A stretch of 64,000 bases of DNA from a virus (taxonomy: Duplodnaviria > Caudoviricetes), in IMG/VR virus record IMGVR_UViG_2974782369_000001, positions 64,001-128,000 of that record; one strand, written 5' to 3'. The notes under the pieces were generated by a model. That model saw nothing but the letters and a program-made list of their open reading frames with translations, had not been told where the DNA came from and searched no databases. The translations under genes were made by a program, and so were the position numbers. Positions 55,766 through 64,000 of this stretch are shown here, piece after piece; the stretch's first letter is position 1; the number at the start of each line of letters is the position of its first letter.

Positions 55766-56162
55766 ATCCTATAAATGCGTCGTTCCAGTCCCCCGAGTAA
55801 TCCCACGGGTCAGGTATTTGTATCTTAGTGCTTGAAGGTGCCACGCTTGTGCTAGGCTCTTCGGTCCCTCTTTCAACAACTGGATTTCTAATTCTGAGAG
55901 AGGGAAGGTTGGGCACGCTAGAAGGTCCCTCTTCCACTGTTGGTCGTTGCTCATTTTCTTGCCATTGTTTTTTAATTTCCTCTGCTTGACGGTCAACGGA
56001 GTCCATCTCCAACTCTACTTTACCATCTACCCAGTGTTTATACAACCATTCAATGAAACCCAATGCGAGATGATTGATGGGAAACTTTTGTTTGTTTGCC
56101 CACCTCTTACTTTTGGTATACCAAGTATCTTCACCACCCCATTGGTGCTCAAATTTGATCAT
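55719..56162 (-). CDS. Hypothetical protein
   Basis: 147-aa ORF coupled to the g3 stop. Confidence 0.65.
   Translation of the reverse strand: MIKFEHQWGGEDTWYTKSKRWANKQKFPINHLALGFIEWLYKHWVDGKVELEMDSVDRQAEEIKKQWQENEQRPTVEEGPSSVPNLPSLRIRNPVVERGTEEPSTSVAPSSTKIQIPDPWDYSGDWNDAFIGFDNEFRNASRNVEKR
55769..55954 (-). CDS. Nested hypothetical protein (MSNDQQWK...EGPKSLAQAWHLQAL)
   Basis: Protein-like helical sequence in another frame; ends just before the uvsY start. Confidence 0.55.
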   Translation of the reverse strand: MSNDQQWKRDLLACPTFPLSELEIQLLKEGPKSLAQAWHLQALRYKYLTRGITRGTGTTHL

Positions 56163-56707
56163 CGCCGTGTCTGCCTATTCTTTTCTCTTACTTCGTAGAG
56201 AGTATACTTGAATGTGACTGTTGCGGTTAAGAAATCATTGTCCCCACCAGTGACATCAAACGACAGTGTAGATAATTCTGTTGGCCAAAGACTCTTAAAC
56301 ACAACGTCAAAGTTTACATTGTTGTTGTTATTTAAAACTTGGAGAGTGCCATCGGAGAAACGATACTCCTGTCTTTCTACGGTTTGATTCGTATCTTTAA
56401 AATCAGTCCTATCAGAAATACTTTGTGGCGTGCCTAATGCACGCATCCAGTTGTGAATTTCCATGTAGTTGCGTAGATCTTCATCCACGATAAACTCCAA
56501 ACTAAAATCGCCATAGGAAATATTACCTTCCACAGGAATAGGGACTAAACCCCTAGTTGGAATCTGCACATCACCTACAGAAATTGATGGAATCTCTGCC
56601 GACTGGCACAAGAAAGAAACCTTTCTTGCCTTATCCAATGTGAATATAAATCCAATTGGAGAAAGAAAGTTTCTATTTGTTAGTTGATCTTCGTACCAGT
56701 TTGCCAT
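56159..56707 (-). CDS. g3: Tail completion/tube terminator gp3
   Basis: NRNFLSPIGF, FIVDEDL.NY.EIHNW, SDGTL; ATAAATA at 56721-56727. Confidence 0.88.
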   Translation of the reverse strand: MANWYEDQLTNRNFLSPIGFIFTLDKARKVSFLCQSAEIPSISVGDVQIPTRGLVPIPVEGNISYGDFSLEFIVDEDLRNYMEIHNWMRALGTPQSISDRTDFKDTNQTVERQEYRFSDGTLQVLNNNNNVNFDVVFKSLWPTELSTLSFDVTGGDNDFLTATVTFKYTLYEVREKNRQTRR

Positions 56708-56715
56708 GTTGGTTT

Positions 56716-57360
56716 TTAGTTATTTATGATTGTGCTGGTGTCCAATCCAATATTTCCTGAGACTGAAATTCTATCCTCAGCACAATCGAAAAATGGATAG
56801 ACCTGATGATTTAATTTAGATGGAAACATTACTAACATTCCCTCATGCTCATCCGAAAGTTTATATTGGTGCAGAGAAATTTCTCCTAATATATTTGTAT
56901 ATGCAAATTCAAATGCTGATATTACTTGTGAATTTGCATTTTTACTTATTGGATTTTTATTTTGCTGCTCAAATGTAGTTGGTATTTTCATCCAAATAGC
57001 AAAACTATATACACCAGTGTGGCAGTGTATAGGATTAAATTCATTTTGTTTTTGGTAGTTTACCCACCAAGAGTGTAACTGAAATGCATGTTTATGATTT
57101 ACGGGAATTTTATCTCCCAAATTTGAGAATGCCTCTCCATAAATTTGTACGAGTGGTAGAAGAGTATTGTGCCAAAATAGATCCTCAATATCTTCTAACA
57201 AATTACTTTCATGTATATTGCCAGCAAGATTGCCCTTAAATGTTTCCGTTTCTCTTTGTTCTATGCATTTCCAGATGTGACCAATTTCATCCCTATTTAA
57301 TTTTTTCTCCAACCATCCAACGTTTGGTGGAGTAACAACACGAATTTCACCTTCTTTCAT
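56716..57360 (-). CDS. 2OG-Fe(II) oxygenase
   Basis: WVNYQ...FNP.H.H.G, FPSKLNHQVYPF, RISVSGN. Confidence 0.85.
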   Translation of the reverse strand: MKEGEIRVVTPPNVGWLEKKLNRDEIGHIWKCIEQRETETFKGNLAGNIHESNLLEDIEDLFWHNTLLPLVQIYGEAFSNLGDKIPVNHKHAFQLHSWWVNYQKQNEFNPIHCHTGVYSFAIWMKIPTTFEQQNKNPISKNANSQVISAFEFAYTNILGEISLHQYKLSDEHEGMLVMFPSKLNHQVYPFFDCAEDRISVSGNIGLDTSTIINN

Positions 57361-57602
57361 TAGACAAACAAACCCCGATCTTTCATATATTGAAGAGTTT
57401 CTTTCAAACCACCAACGTGCTTAAACCCTATATTAATTTGTGGATAATCGGCACCTTCACCAAACTCTTTATCAAATCCTTTTTGGGTAAAATGCTGTCC
57501 TAGTTTATATTCTAAAAATTCACCGCCAAGAGATTTAAGGAGCATTGCAATACGCTCACATTCTTGACTGCCATTACTGTAAATCACTACCGTTTCAGTC
57601 AC
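57360..57602 (-). CDS. Glutaredoxin-like protein (SxxC)
   Basis: YSNGSQEC, YPQI, HVGG; GTG start after GGAGG. Confidence 0.75.
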   Translation of the reverse strand: MTETVVIYSNGSQECERIAMLLKSLGGEFLEYKLGQHFTQKGFDKEFGEGADYPQINIGFKHVGGLKETLQYMKDRGLFV

Positions 57603-57909
57603 GTTGCCTCCAATCATCAGATTTGTCTTGCTTAAACCAATCTACAATTTCATCTGCAGATTGAAACCCCTTTTTGTAATTAGATGGGTCGGGGTCTCCT
57701 AGTCCCATCTTATTCATAAAATCATCCATGCTTCCTTCTTGGATGTCGCCAGATGCTTGTCGTCTTGCTTTATTTAACCAGTCTCTAGCAGTTGTATATC
57801 TCTTGGCAAGTTTCTCTGCCCAAATCATATCCTCTAGTTTTACTTCTTCGTTGTTTGCAATACGCTGGCAAATAAATTCTAACCGCAGTCGGTATTGTGT
57901 AGACAGCAT
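57595..57909 (-). CDS. Conserved cyanophage/cyanobacterial-type hypothetical protein
   Basis: MLSTQYRLRLE.IC...LGDPDP...DWRQRD. Confidence 0.8.
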   Translation of the reverse strand: MLSTQYRLRLEFICQRIANNEEVKLEDMIWAEKLAKRYTTARDWLNKARRQASGDIQEGSMDDFMNKMGLGDPDPSNYKKGFQSADEIVDWFKQDKSDDWRQRD

Positions 57910-57941
57910 ACACCCCTCTTCACACCTTGATTATTTAGGAC

Positions 57942-57968
57942 AAAAAAAGAGGGGTCCGAAGACCCCTC
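57942..57968 (-). terminator. Terminator after g23
   Basis: GAGGGGTC-ttcg-GACCCCTC plus U-run. Confidence 0.8.
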
Positions 57969-58001
57969 AACACTTCCTTCACACGGTAAAGGTATTTATC
58001 A

Positions 58002-59378
58002 TCACATGAGGTTAGCAACCTGGACGCGACGATAGTAGCGGTTGCTATTAGCGGTGAGAGCACCGCTGCCCTGGGTGAGACCTTGAGCGAAGGGATTCGA
58101 GACCATGCCGTAGCGAGTCTTGAAGCCAATCTTGGGCTGGAAGGTGTCAGGGTTGATAGCACGGACCTGCTGGAGGGGGACGTAGGGGCAATAGAAGAGA
58201 CCTGCGTCATAGGGGCTGGTGCCCTTATAACCAGCAACGTAGAAGTGCTTATCAGCAACGTTTGCCGAATAAGGATCAACGTAGACCTTGATGCGACCGT
58301 TGAGAGTACCAACGAGAGTGCTGGAGGTGTCATCAACACCAGTCAGACCATTGTTGCCAGCGAGAGCAGGGGTGTAATCGAGGACGCCTGCCATGCCGAG
58401 TGCCGAAGCAACGTCAGCGGAGCAGATCAGGACATTACCCTTGCCACGACGAGTTTGCTGACCGATTGCGTTTGCATCGCGCTCGATCTGGAAAAGCAGA
58501 CCCTTAAACTTCTCAACCGACCAACGACCGTTGGAATCAACGTCAAGGTCAAAGATACCAGCGTTAGCGGTGTTGTTTTGAGCACCAGCAACAGCGTTAG
58601 TGTAGATGGTACGGACAACTTCACGGTTGATCTCAGCGAGGATCTCAGTGCTGAGGATGTTTGCGAGCTCTTGCTCAGCATCGAGACCATGGATCGCCTT
58701 GAGATCCTGTGCCATTTCGATGCTGTATTCTGCCTTCAGGGCGCGTGCTCTTGCGGTGACGGTGACCTTCTCGATCGAGAAACCCATCTCACGGAAAGCA
58801 GTGCCAGCTGCAGCGTCAGAAAGTGCTTCAGCAGTAGCGGTGGTCATGCCAGTTGCATCGCCTGCCTGCTCATAGGTGCCAGCGGGGCTGTCATTGAGGA
58901 GACCAGGGTTGTTACCTTCTGCATCGTTGTCGGCAGAGCCAGATGCACCAGGATCGTAGGTGCCAGGACCACCAGAGAAACCAGCGTTGGGCTCGTTGAA
59001 GAATGCTTCATCGTAGCCAGCTGCTGCGGGGTTACGCTCTGCGCCATAGTTGGTACGCATTGCGAAGATAAGACCTGTAGGACCAGTCATTGGCTGGACG
59101 CCTGCAACGTCATAAGCGATCAGTTGGGGCATCGAGCGACGGATCAGGGAGATCAGTACGGGATCGAAACCAGCAACGGGACCAGTTGCGGTGTCACCAC
59201 CAGTGTAGCCTGTGGTTTGGAGAGTTTCGGTGAGGATCTTACCTTCCTCAGCGATTGCTCTTTCTTGGTTTTCAAGAAGTTGTGCGACAACGCCTTTCTT
59301 ATAGGTGTCCTTGATCTCAGGAAGAGAATCGTGGTTAAGAACGGGTGCCCACTTTTCTTGTAAGGATGCGAATGCCAT
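58002..59378 (-). CDS. g23: Major capsid protein gp23
   Basis: GVQPMTGPTGLIFAMR, RALKAEY, GLFYCPYVPL, IGFKTRYG. Confidence 0.99.
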   Translation of the reverse strand: MAFASLQEKWAPVLNHDSLPEIKDTYKKGVVAQLLENQERAIAEEGKILTETLQTTGYTGGDTATGPVAGFDPVLISLIRRSMPQLIAYDVAGVQPMTGPTGLIFAMRTNYGAERNPAAAGYDEAFFNEPNAGFSGGPGTYDPGASGSADNDAEGNNPGLLNDSPAGTYEQAGDATGMTTATAEALSDAAAGTAFREMGFSIEKVTVTARARALKAEYSIEMAQDLKAIHGLDAEQELANILSTEILAEINREVVRTIYTNAVAGAQNNTANAGIFDLDVDSNGRWSVEKFKGLLFQIERDANAIGQQTRRGKGNVLICSADVASALGMAGVLDYTPALAGNNGLTGVDDTSSTLVGTLNGRIKVYVDPYSANVADKHFYVAGYKGTSPYDAGLFYCPYVPLQQVRAINPDTFQPKIGFKTRYGMVSNPFAQGLTQGSGALTANSNRYYRRVQVANLM

Positions 59379-59420
59379 TGATTGTTGCTCCGTTTAAAAA
59401 AAAGTAGTTTTACAAATTAA

Positions 59421-60443
59421 TCATTTAGACCACATCTTAAGTGCATCCACGTACTTCGACATGGTGCCAGATGTAGTGTCTTCTACAAGGGGCTCACTTC
59501 TGTCCTCGGTAGGATCCACAGATTGCTCTGCTACCTTGCGAGTGAAGTAGGATTCCTTGATTGTTTCGATTTTCTTACGAAAATCTGCTTCAGTTTCAAA
59601 CTCAACACCCTCTGCTAGAGAAGCGAGCTTCTCTTTTTGGGTCTCTGCGAGACCTGCAGCGCACTCGTTCACGATTTCCATTTTGATATAAGAACCAACT
59701 CTCTTATTGAGTTGGACGTTGGCGTCGATTTGCTCGTTGAGTTTAGCTTCCATCTCATCAAGCTCTTCAACCATGCCGTCAAGCAGGTTGAATTTCTCTT
59801 CGGGCACACTCATGTTGTGCTCAATGAAGAGAGTCTTTAGACCGTCAAAGAACGACTCCGAAATTTCATTCTTAATGCCGTGCTCGATCTGGAGTGCATT
59901 TTCCTTCATCCAGGTCTCAGCGACATAAGAAAGGTAGTCGTCAACTTTAGCAGCCAATTCTGTTTTGATGCTCTCGACTTCTTCAGTCAGAGTAGCTTCA
60001 AATGCTTCGGTGATCGCTGCAACTTCATCATTGACTTTAGCAGTTACTGCTGCTTCAAAGATTGTTGCTGCGCGTTGTCTGAATTCTTCGGAGAGCTCTT
60101 CACCAGCGACAAGAGCGTCAACATCCTCAGTAAAGTCGTATTTGGTTTCAGCGAGGGTTTCCTCTTCGCCATCTTCTACGTCCTCCATTTTAGCGGATGC
60201 ATCAGAAGGTTTGGTCTTCAGGGACTTGTCACCTTCGTGCTTCACTGCACCTGCAGCAGAAGCGCCAGCATTTTTAGTGCCCTTAGCACCTTCTTCGGAA
60301 TCAGAGGTTACCGTGATCACCTTAGTAGCGCCACCCTTAGAGGTGTCGATTTTCTCACCAGGCTTAGCATTTTTGGTGACGGGATCAGAACCTTCGGCCA
60401 CTGTTTCCATGTTATCTAACTCTTTGTCGAGGGATTCAGACAT
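59421..60443 (-). CDS. g22: Prohead core scaffold gp22
   Basis: AATIFEAAV, VDDYLSYV, IKESYF; start placed at MSESL. Confidence 0.93.
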   Translation of the reverse strand: MSESLDKELDNMETVAEGSDPVTKNAKPGEKIDTSKGGATKVITVTSDSEEGAKGTKNAGASAAGAVKHEGDKSLKTKPSDASAKMEDVEDGEEETLAETKYDFTEDVDALVAGEELSEEFRQRAATIFEAAVTAKVNDEVAAITEAFEATLTEEVESIKTELAAKVDDYLSYVAETWMKENALQIEHGIKNEISESFFDGLKTLFIEHNMSVPEEKFNLLDGMVEELDEMEAKLNEQIDANVQLNKRVGSYIKMEIVNECAAGLAETQKEKLASLAEGVEFETEADFRKKIETIKESYFTRKVAEQSVDPTEDRSEPLVEDTTSGTMSKYVDALKMWSK

Positions 60444-60479
60444 TTGATCTACTCCGTTTAGCATTTGTTTGTCTATGTT

Positions 60480-60487
60480 TATTTATA
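60480..60487 (-). promoter_or_regulatory. T4 late promoter TATAAATA
   Basis: Perfect consensus upstream of g22. Confidence 0.8.
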
Positions 60488-60489
60488 AA

Positions 60490-61134
60490 TTACAAACTCT
60501 TCAGAAACGCCTTGAACGCGGAAATCTTGCGCTCTTGAAGATTGATTAGAGTTGCTTGGTCAATTTCATCCTTAATTGCTGCTACAGCAGACTCTTTGAG
60601 GATTCCATTTTCCCAAACCCACTCTTTTCCTTCCATAATTCCATCAACAAATGCATCAGGAGCAGAAGGATCTGCTACGATATCAGCAGCGGTGGCAAGC
60701 ATAAAGTCATCTGCAACAACGTTGCAACCTTCTCTTTTAACTAGGGATCCCATTCCGCGAGAAGAGACACCTAACTTGACACCTTCATCAAGCAGACTTT
60801 TTGCAATGTTGCCCATTGGTGTATCAAGAATTTGAGCACGACCAATGAAGTTATTGCCTTCTTGTTTGAGAGATGTAATACGATGAGAAACACGATCTAA
60901 ATTGATCGAGGGACCATCAGGATGACCCAACTCACCAAGAGCACGTCCTTTCTGGATGTAACTCTCATCATATTTAGCAACTTCTCTAGCGAGAGTTTTC
61001 ACAGGATACATTCTGCCATTGCGGTTTTGGATCTCCGCTTGCAGAAAGATACCTTCGATGAAGTGACGCTTTTTGCCATCACTCTCTTCGGTAAGAAAAT
61101 CTACTTGTGTTACTTCTTCACTGATCAGTTTCAT
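60490..61134 (-). CDS. g21: Prohead protease gp21
   Basis: MKLISE start; NRNGR.Y, ALGELGHP, GVSSRGMGS, DIVADPS. Confidence 0.96.
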   Translation of the reverse strand: MKLISEEVTQVDFLTEESDGKKRHFIEGIFLQAEIQNRNGRMYPVKTLAREVAKYDESYIQKGRALGELGHPDGPSINLDRVSHRITSLKQEGNNFIGRAQILDTPMGNIAKSLLDEGVKLGVSSRGMGSLVKREGCNVVADDFMLATAADIVADPSAPDAFVDGIMEGKEWVWENGILKESAVAAIKDEIDQATLINLQERKISAFKAFLKSL

Positions 61135-61420
61135 CGGTTGTTTCCTCTTCGGTTTCTGGGGTTTCTTCTTCCGCCGAAGCTTCAACTTCGGTTTCATCTT
61201 CATCTGGGGTATTATCGGGTAGTGCATCAGAAACTGCATCTGCAGCATCTTGAGCAGTATCACCCAAATCAAAACCCATCGTCTTAGCAAATTCCAACTT
61301 TCGTTGTTGGACTAAATCGTAGGTAATACCAGCAAGGGCATCTTTTGTCGCGTCAAGTGCTTTGGATTTTTCATCTCCAAAGATACGATTAATAATTTCA
61401 GCAGCAATTTCAGAAGGCAT
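61118..61420 (-). CDS. Acidic prohead-core-like protein between g20 and g21
   Basis: Gene position and acidic tail; ATAAATA upstream at 61442-61448. Confidence 0.7.
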   Translation of the reverse strand: MPSEIAAEIINRIFGDEKSKALDATKDALAGITYDLVQQRKLEFAKTMGFDLGDTAQDAADAVSDALPDNTPDEDETEVEASAEEETPETEEETTDETDQ

Positions 61421-61451
61421 GATAATAGTGTCCAATACTAATATTTATTAT

Positions 61452-63053
61452 TTAGAATTCTCCTCGTTTTAGGTCCGAGGGATCAGGACCCATTTCTTCC
61501 GCAGGTGGTTGTGCCATTTCTGCAGGAGGTGCTTCACCACCCATAGCAGCAGGATCTTCCATAGCAGCAGGATCAGCAATAATACCTGCTTCCATTTCCG
61601 CTTCAATCTGCTCATCAATTTCCTTGATTTCAACGTCAGTTTGTTTCAGGACTTGACGGCGAATGTATTCGACGCTAAAGTATTTTCCAACATAGGGATC
61701 CATCGAGTTGACAATATTGAGACGCTCGTTAGTAATCTCATTATCTTTCAACTCACTGAAGTAGTTGTCCGCAATGTAATCAAACTGGACATGCTCCTTC
61801 ATCTCATCCCATTCTTCAATGGTAATGATGCCTTTGAGGACGAGTTGTGTCTTCAGAAGATCAGTAAACAATTCGGAGAAACGCTTACGAAGACGAGCAA
61901 CAAACTTTTGGAATTTAACTTCGTCACGAGTGATTTCAGCAGCACGACCAATATTGAAAGTCGTTTCTGTTTCTAAACGAGACGAGGGAACGTTGAGTGC
62001 CTTGTAAAGTTTCTTTTGGAAATACTTAACGTCTTCCAACTCACCCAAGTTTTGACCACCAGGAAGAGTTGTGATCTCAGTGCCACGACCACCTTCACGA
62101 CGAGGAAGCCAGAAGTCTTCCAACATGGACATAAACTTCTTGTCGTCTTTAATCTCGCCAGTGTTGGCATCGTATACAAGTTTGTTACGATAGCGACCCA
62201 TGACTTCGCGCAGATATTGCTCTGCCTTATTCTTGGGAAGATTACCAACATCGATGTAGAAAATTCTACGCTCAGGTGCTCTACTCAAACGATAGATAAC
62301 CAGAGAGTCTTCAATCATGCGGAGTTGGTTAACCGCTTTGATTGCTTTGTGTAGGTGCGAAAGCACCATGTTTTTGTTGAGATCTTGAATACCAGAGTGG
62401 CAATAGCAGATAGAATCTGGTGCAATCTTCAAACCCTGGTTGGTAGAATTCTTTAAACCTTTTGGATCATACAAGAAATACTCTGCTGCCTTTGCAGTCA
62501 GTGCTTCATTGAGAGGAGCACCACGCAACTGCTCAGGTCTCTTTTGCTCATGCTCTGTAATTTTGCGAATCTTACGGGGATCGATATAACGTAACTCAAT
62601 CAAACCACCACTGGGATTCTGTGGATCAATTACTTTATGATAGAATAGTCTGCCGTCAACATACCAACGACGGAAGATTTCATACGAGCGATTTTCAAAA
62701 TCGAGAAGACGAAGAATCTCATGAAACTCTTCTCGGATTAACTTTTTAATTTTATCAGAAACTTTGAGATTTGATAACTCCACCTCTACAGGCACGTCAT
62801 CAAAGTTTCCACAAATAGTTTCATTGACAATATCATCAACTGCACTATCACATTCTGGTTGTAAAACCATCTCTCGATATCGAGAGATTAACTGATATTC
62901 ATTACGAACAGTTCCGTCGAAGTCAACGGTATAACCATAGTAACCACCACCAGATACTGGCTGTGATCCATCTAAGTTATCCTTTTGCACGAAAGAAGGC
63001 CCTTTTGGGGCCTTCTTAGCACGATCCAACGAAAATCCAAATAGTTGAGACAT
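61452..63053 (-). CDS. g20: Portal vertex protein gp20
   Basis: FRRWYVDGR, RAPERRIFYIDVGN, EDFWLPRREG. Confidence 0.98.
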   Translation of the reverse strand: MSQLFGFSLDRAKKAPKGPSFVQKDNLDGSQPVSGGGYYGYTVDFDGTVRNEYQLISRYREMVLQPECDSAVDDIVNETICGNFDDVPVEVELSNLKVSDKIKKLIREEFHEILRLLDFENRSYEIFRRWYVDGRLFYHKVIDPQNPSGGLIELRYIDPRKIRKITEHEQKRPEQLRGAPLNEALTAKAAEYFLYDPKGLKNSTNQGLKIAPDSICYCHSGIQDLNKNMVLSHLHKAIKAVNQLRMIEDSLVIYRLSRAPERRIFYIDVGNLPKNKAEQYLREVMGRYRNKLVYDANTGEIKDDKKFMSMLEDFWLPRREGGRGTEITTLPGGQNLGELEDVKYFQKKLYKALNVPSSRLETETTFNIGRAAEITRDEVKFQKFVARLRKRFSELFTDLLKTQLVLKGIITIEEWDEMKEHVQFDYIADNYFSELKDNEITNERLNIVNSMDPYVGKYFSVEYIRRQVLKQTDVEIKEIDEQIEAEMEAGIIADPAAMEDPAAMGGEAPPAEMAQPPAEEMGPDPSDLKRGEF

Positions 63054-63102
63054 TATGTGCTTTGAATTAATTCCCTGATATATTTATCAGGGTTTAAATT
63101 CC

Positions 63103-63687
63103 TCAGTTTCCTTCGACTGCTTGAGGTGCCCAATACTGGACTTGAAGCTCAACAGTGAATTCTTCAATAGCATCATTGTTGCCGTAATCAAGATCGATTG
63201 CGGAAATGTTGCTGGGGAATACGTTGTAGAATTTGTAAGACTTGAGAATCTTGGGAGACTCACCATCCTTGATATCACGAGCGAGTTGATGGACGCTCAT
63301 GTCTGCAAAGTAACCAGTTGCGTCACTTGCATCACCAAGAGAACCAGCGGCAGTAAAGTTTTCATTTGCTGCTTGAATGCTGTTTGCCCAAAGTTCGAAT
63401 GCATTTCTAAGGACAAACTTGCTATCATTCATGATAGTAATTGTCCAAGGCTCGAATGTGCGGTCACCAGCGATCTTTAATACACGACCTCTGAAAGGCA
63501 CTTCGATAACACCAATCTGAGAAGCAGGAAGGTTTGCTGCTCTTACCGTAAACTTGCCGAAGGTGCTGAGTGCAGATTCGTTAATAATTCCAGTAGGGAA
63601 GTTAAGGTCTACTTGGAATAGATTAGGTCTAGCAAAGTCACTGACTACACTAGCCTTAAAGTCATCAATAGTTCCTCTAATTGCCAT
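63103..63687 (-). CDS. g19: Tail tube protein gp19
   Basis: ARPNLFQV, FRGRVLKIAGDRTF, IEEFTV. Confidence 0.96.
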   Translation of the reverse strand: MAIRGTIDDFKASVVSDFARPNLFQVDLNFPTGIINESALSTFGKFTVRAANLPASQIGVIEVPFRGRVLKIAGDRTFEPWTITIMNDSKFVLRNAFELWANSIQAANENFTAAGSLGDASDATGYFADMSVHQLARDIKDGESPKILKSYKFYNVFPSNISAIDLDYGNNDAIEEFTVELQVQYWAPQAVEGN

Positions 63688-63726
63688 GGTTCTTAAATGT
63701 CTCCGTCGTTAATATTTAGACTAATT

Positions 63727-63758
63727 AAAAATTTCAGGGGGTCTTTCGACCCCCCTTT
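63727..63758 (-). terminator. Hairpin between g18 and g19
   Basis: AGGGGGGTC-gaaa-GACCCCCT followed by a U-rich stretch. Confidence 0.55.
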
Positions 63759-63761
63759 AAA

Positions 63762-64000
63762 TCAGTTAGCGACTTCGCTGAAGGAAACGCCCGTGCGGGT
63801 TGCCACGAAGGACAAGGTTACGAAGTTAATCGTGCGGGTTGGTTTCACGAAGATCTCAGCGTAGAATTCGCCACGATCAACTGCATCAGGTGGGTTGTTG
63901 GTTTCATCGCACTTGACGAGGAAGTCAGTTACACCACGACGACCTTGGACATCACGGAGATATGGCTCAACGATGTTGATAAAGAGGTTTCTTTGTGCCT
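63762..64000 (-). CDS. g18: Tail sheath protein gp18, C-terminal part (truncated)
   Basis: ...RRGVTDFLVKCDETNNPP...IFVKPTRTINFVTLSFVATRTGVSFSEVAN*. Confidence 0.95.
   Translation of the reverse strand, partial: AQRNLFINIVEPYLRDVQGRRGVTDFLVKCDETNNPPDAVDRGEFYAEIFVKPTRTINFVTLSFVATRTGVSFSEVAN

Noticed and set aside
58083-59363. 426-aa plus-strand ORF antisense to g23 (and similar antisense ORFs over psbA, psbD, cobS, g22 and g43)
   Set aside because: A mirror-frame artefact of strong codon bias in highly expressed genes; no SD or promoter, and non-protein-like composition.
60490-61290. N-terminally extended gp21 given in the ORF track (also extended uvsX, g22, OMP and vWA-peptidase starts)
   Set aside because: The extensions overlap upstream genes or promoters; downstream starts with an SD or family-typical N-terminus were chosen instead.

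Overview
A 64-kb stretch of a T4-like marine cyanomyovirus genome (Kyanoviridae-type; host probably Synechococcus, inferred from psbA/psbD/hli/talC/speD and Arg-TCT/Leu-TAG tRNAs). Almost all genes are on the minus strand. In transcription order (right to left): tail and head genes g18-g23, g3, uvsY/uvsW, g55/g47/g46, a flavin halogenase, a vWA-peptidase and cobS, g45/speD/g44, two HNH endonucleases, dam/g62/regA, an envelope/secreted-protein island with the only plus-strand cassette, hsp20, g43, uvsX, g41, mazG, a ligase-like/cytidylyltransferase pair, putative internal head polyproteins, g61, nrdAB, a glutamine-riboswitch module, talC, tRNAs and a structured RNA, hli genes, psbA, psbD and 2OG-Fe(II) oxygenases. 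The most striking observation is at 10436-11100: two tandem glutamine-II (Downstream-peptide) riboswitch-like aptamers, the second split by a complete 64-codon ORF in its P2 loop. They are preceded by an NtcA-like box and followed by two YRG/DUF4278-like peptides and talC. Other candidates are a tandem H-type pseudoknot array before tRNA-Leu, a 31-nt promoter-proximal element duplicated 43 kb apart in inverted orientation, and two same-strand overlapping or nested genes. No CRISPR array, intron or intein was seen. All family assignments come from motif recognition by eye; no database searches were run.
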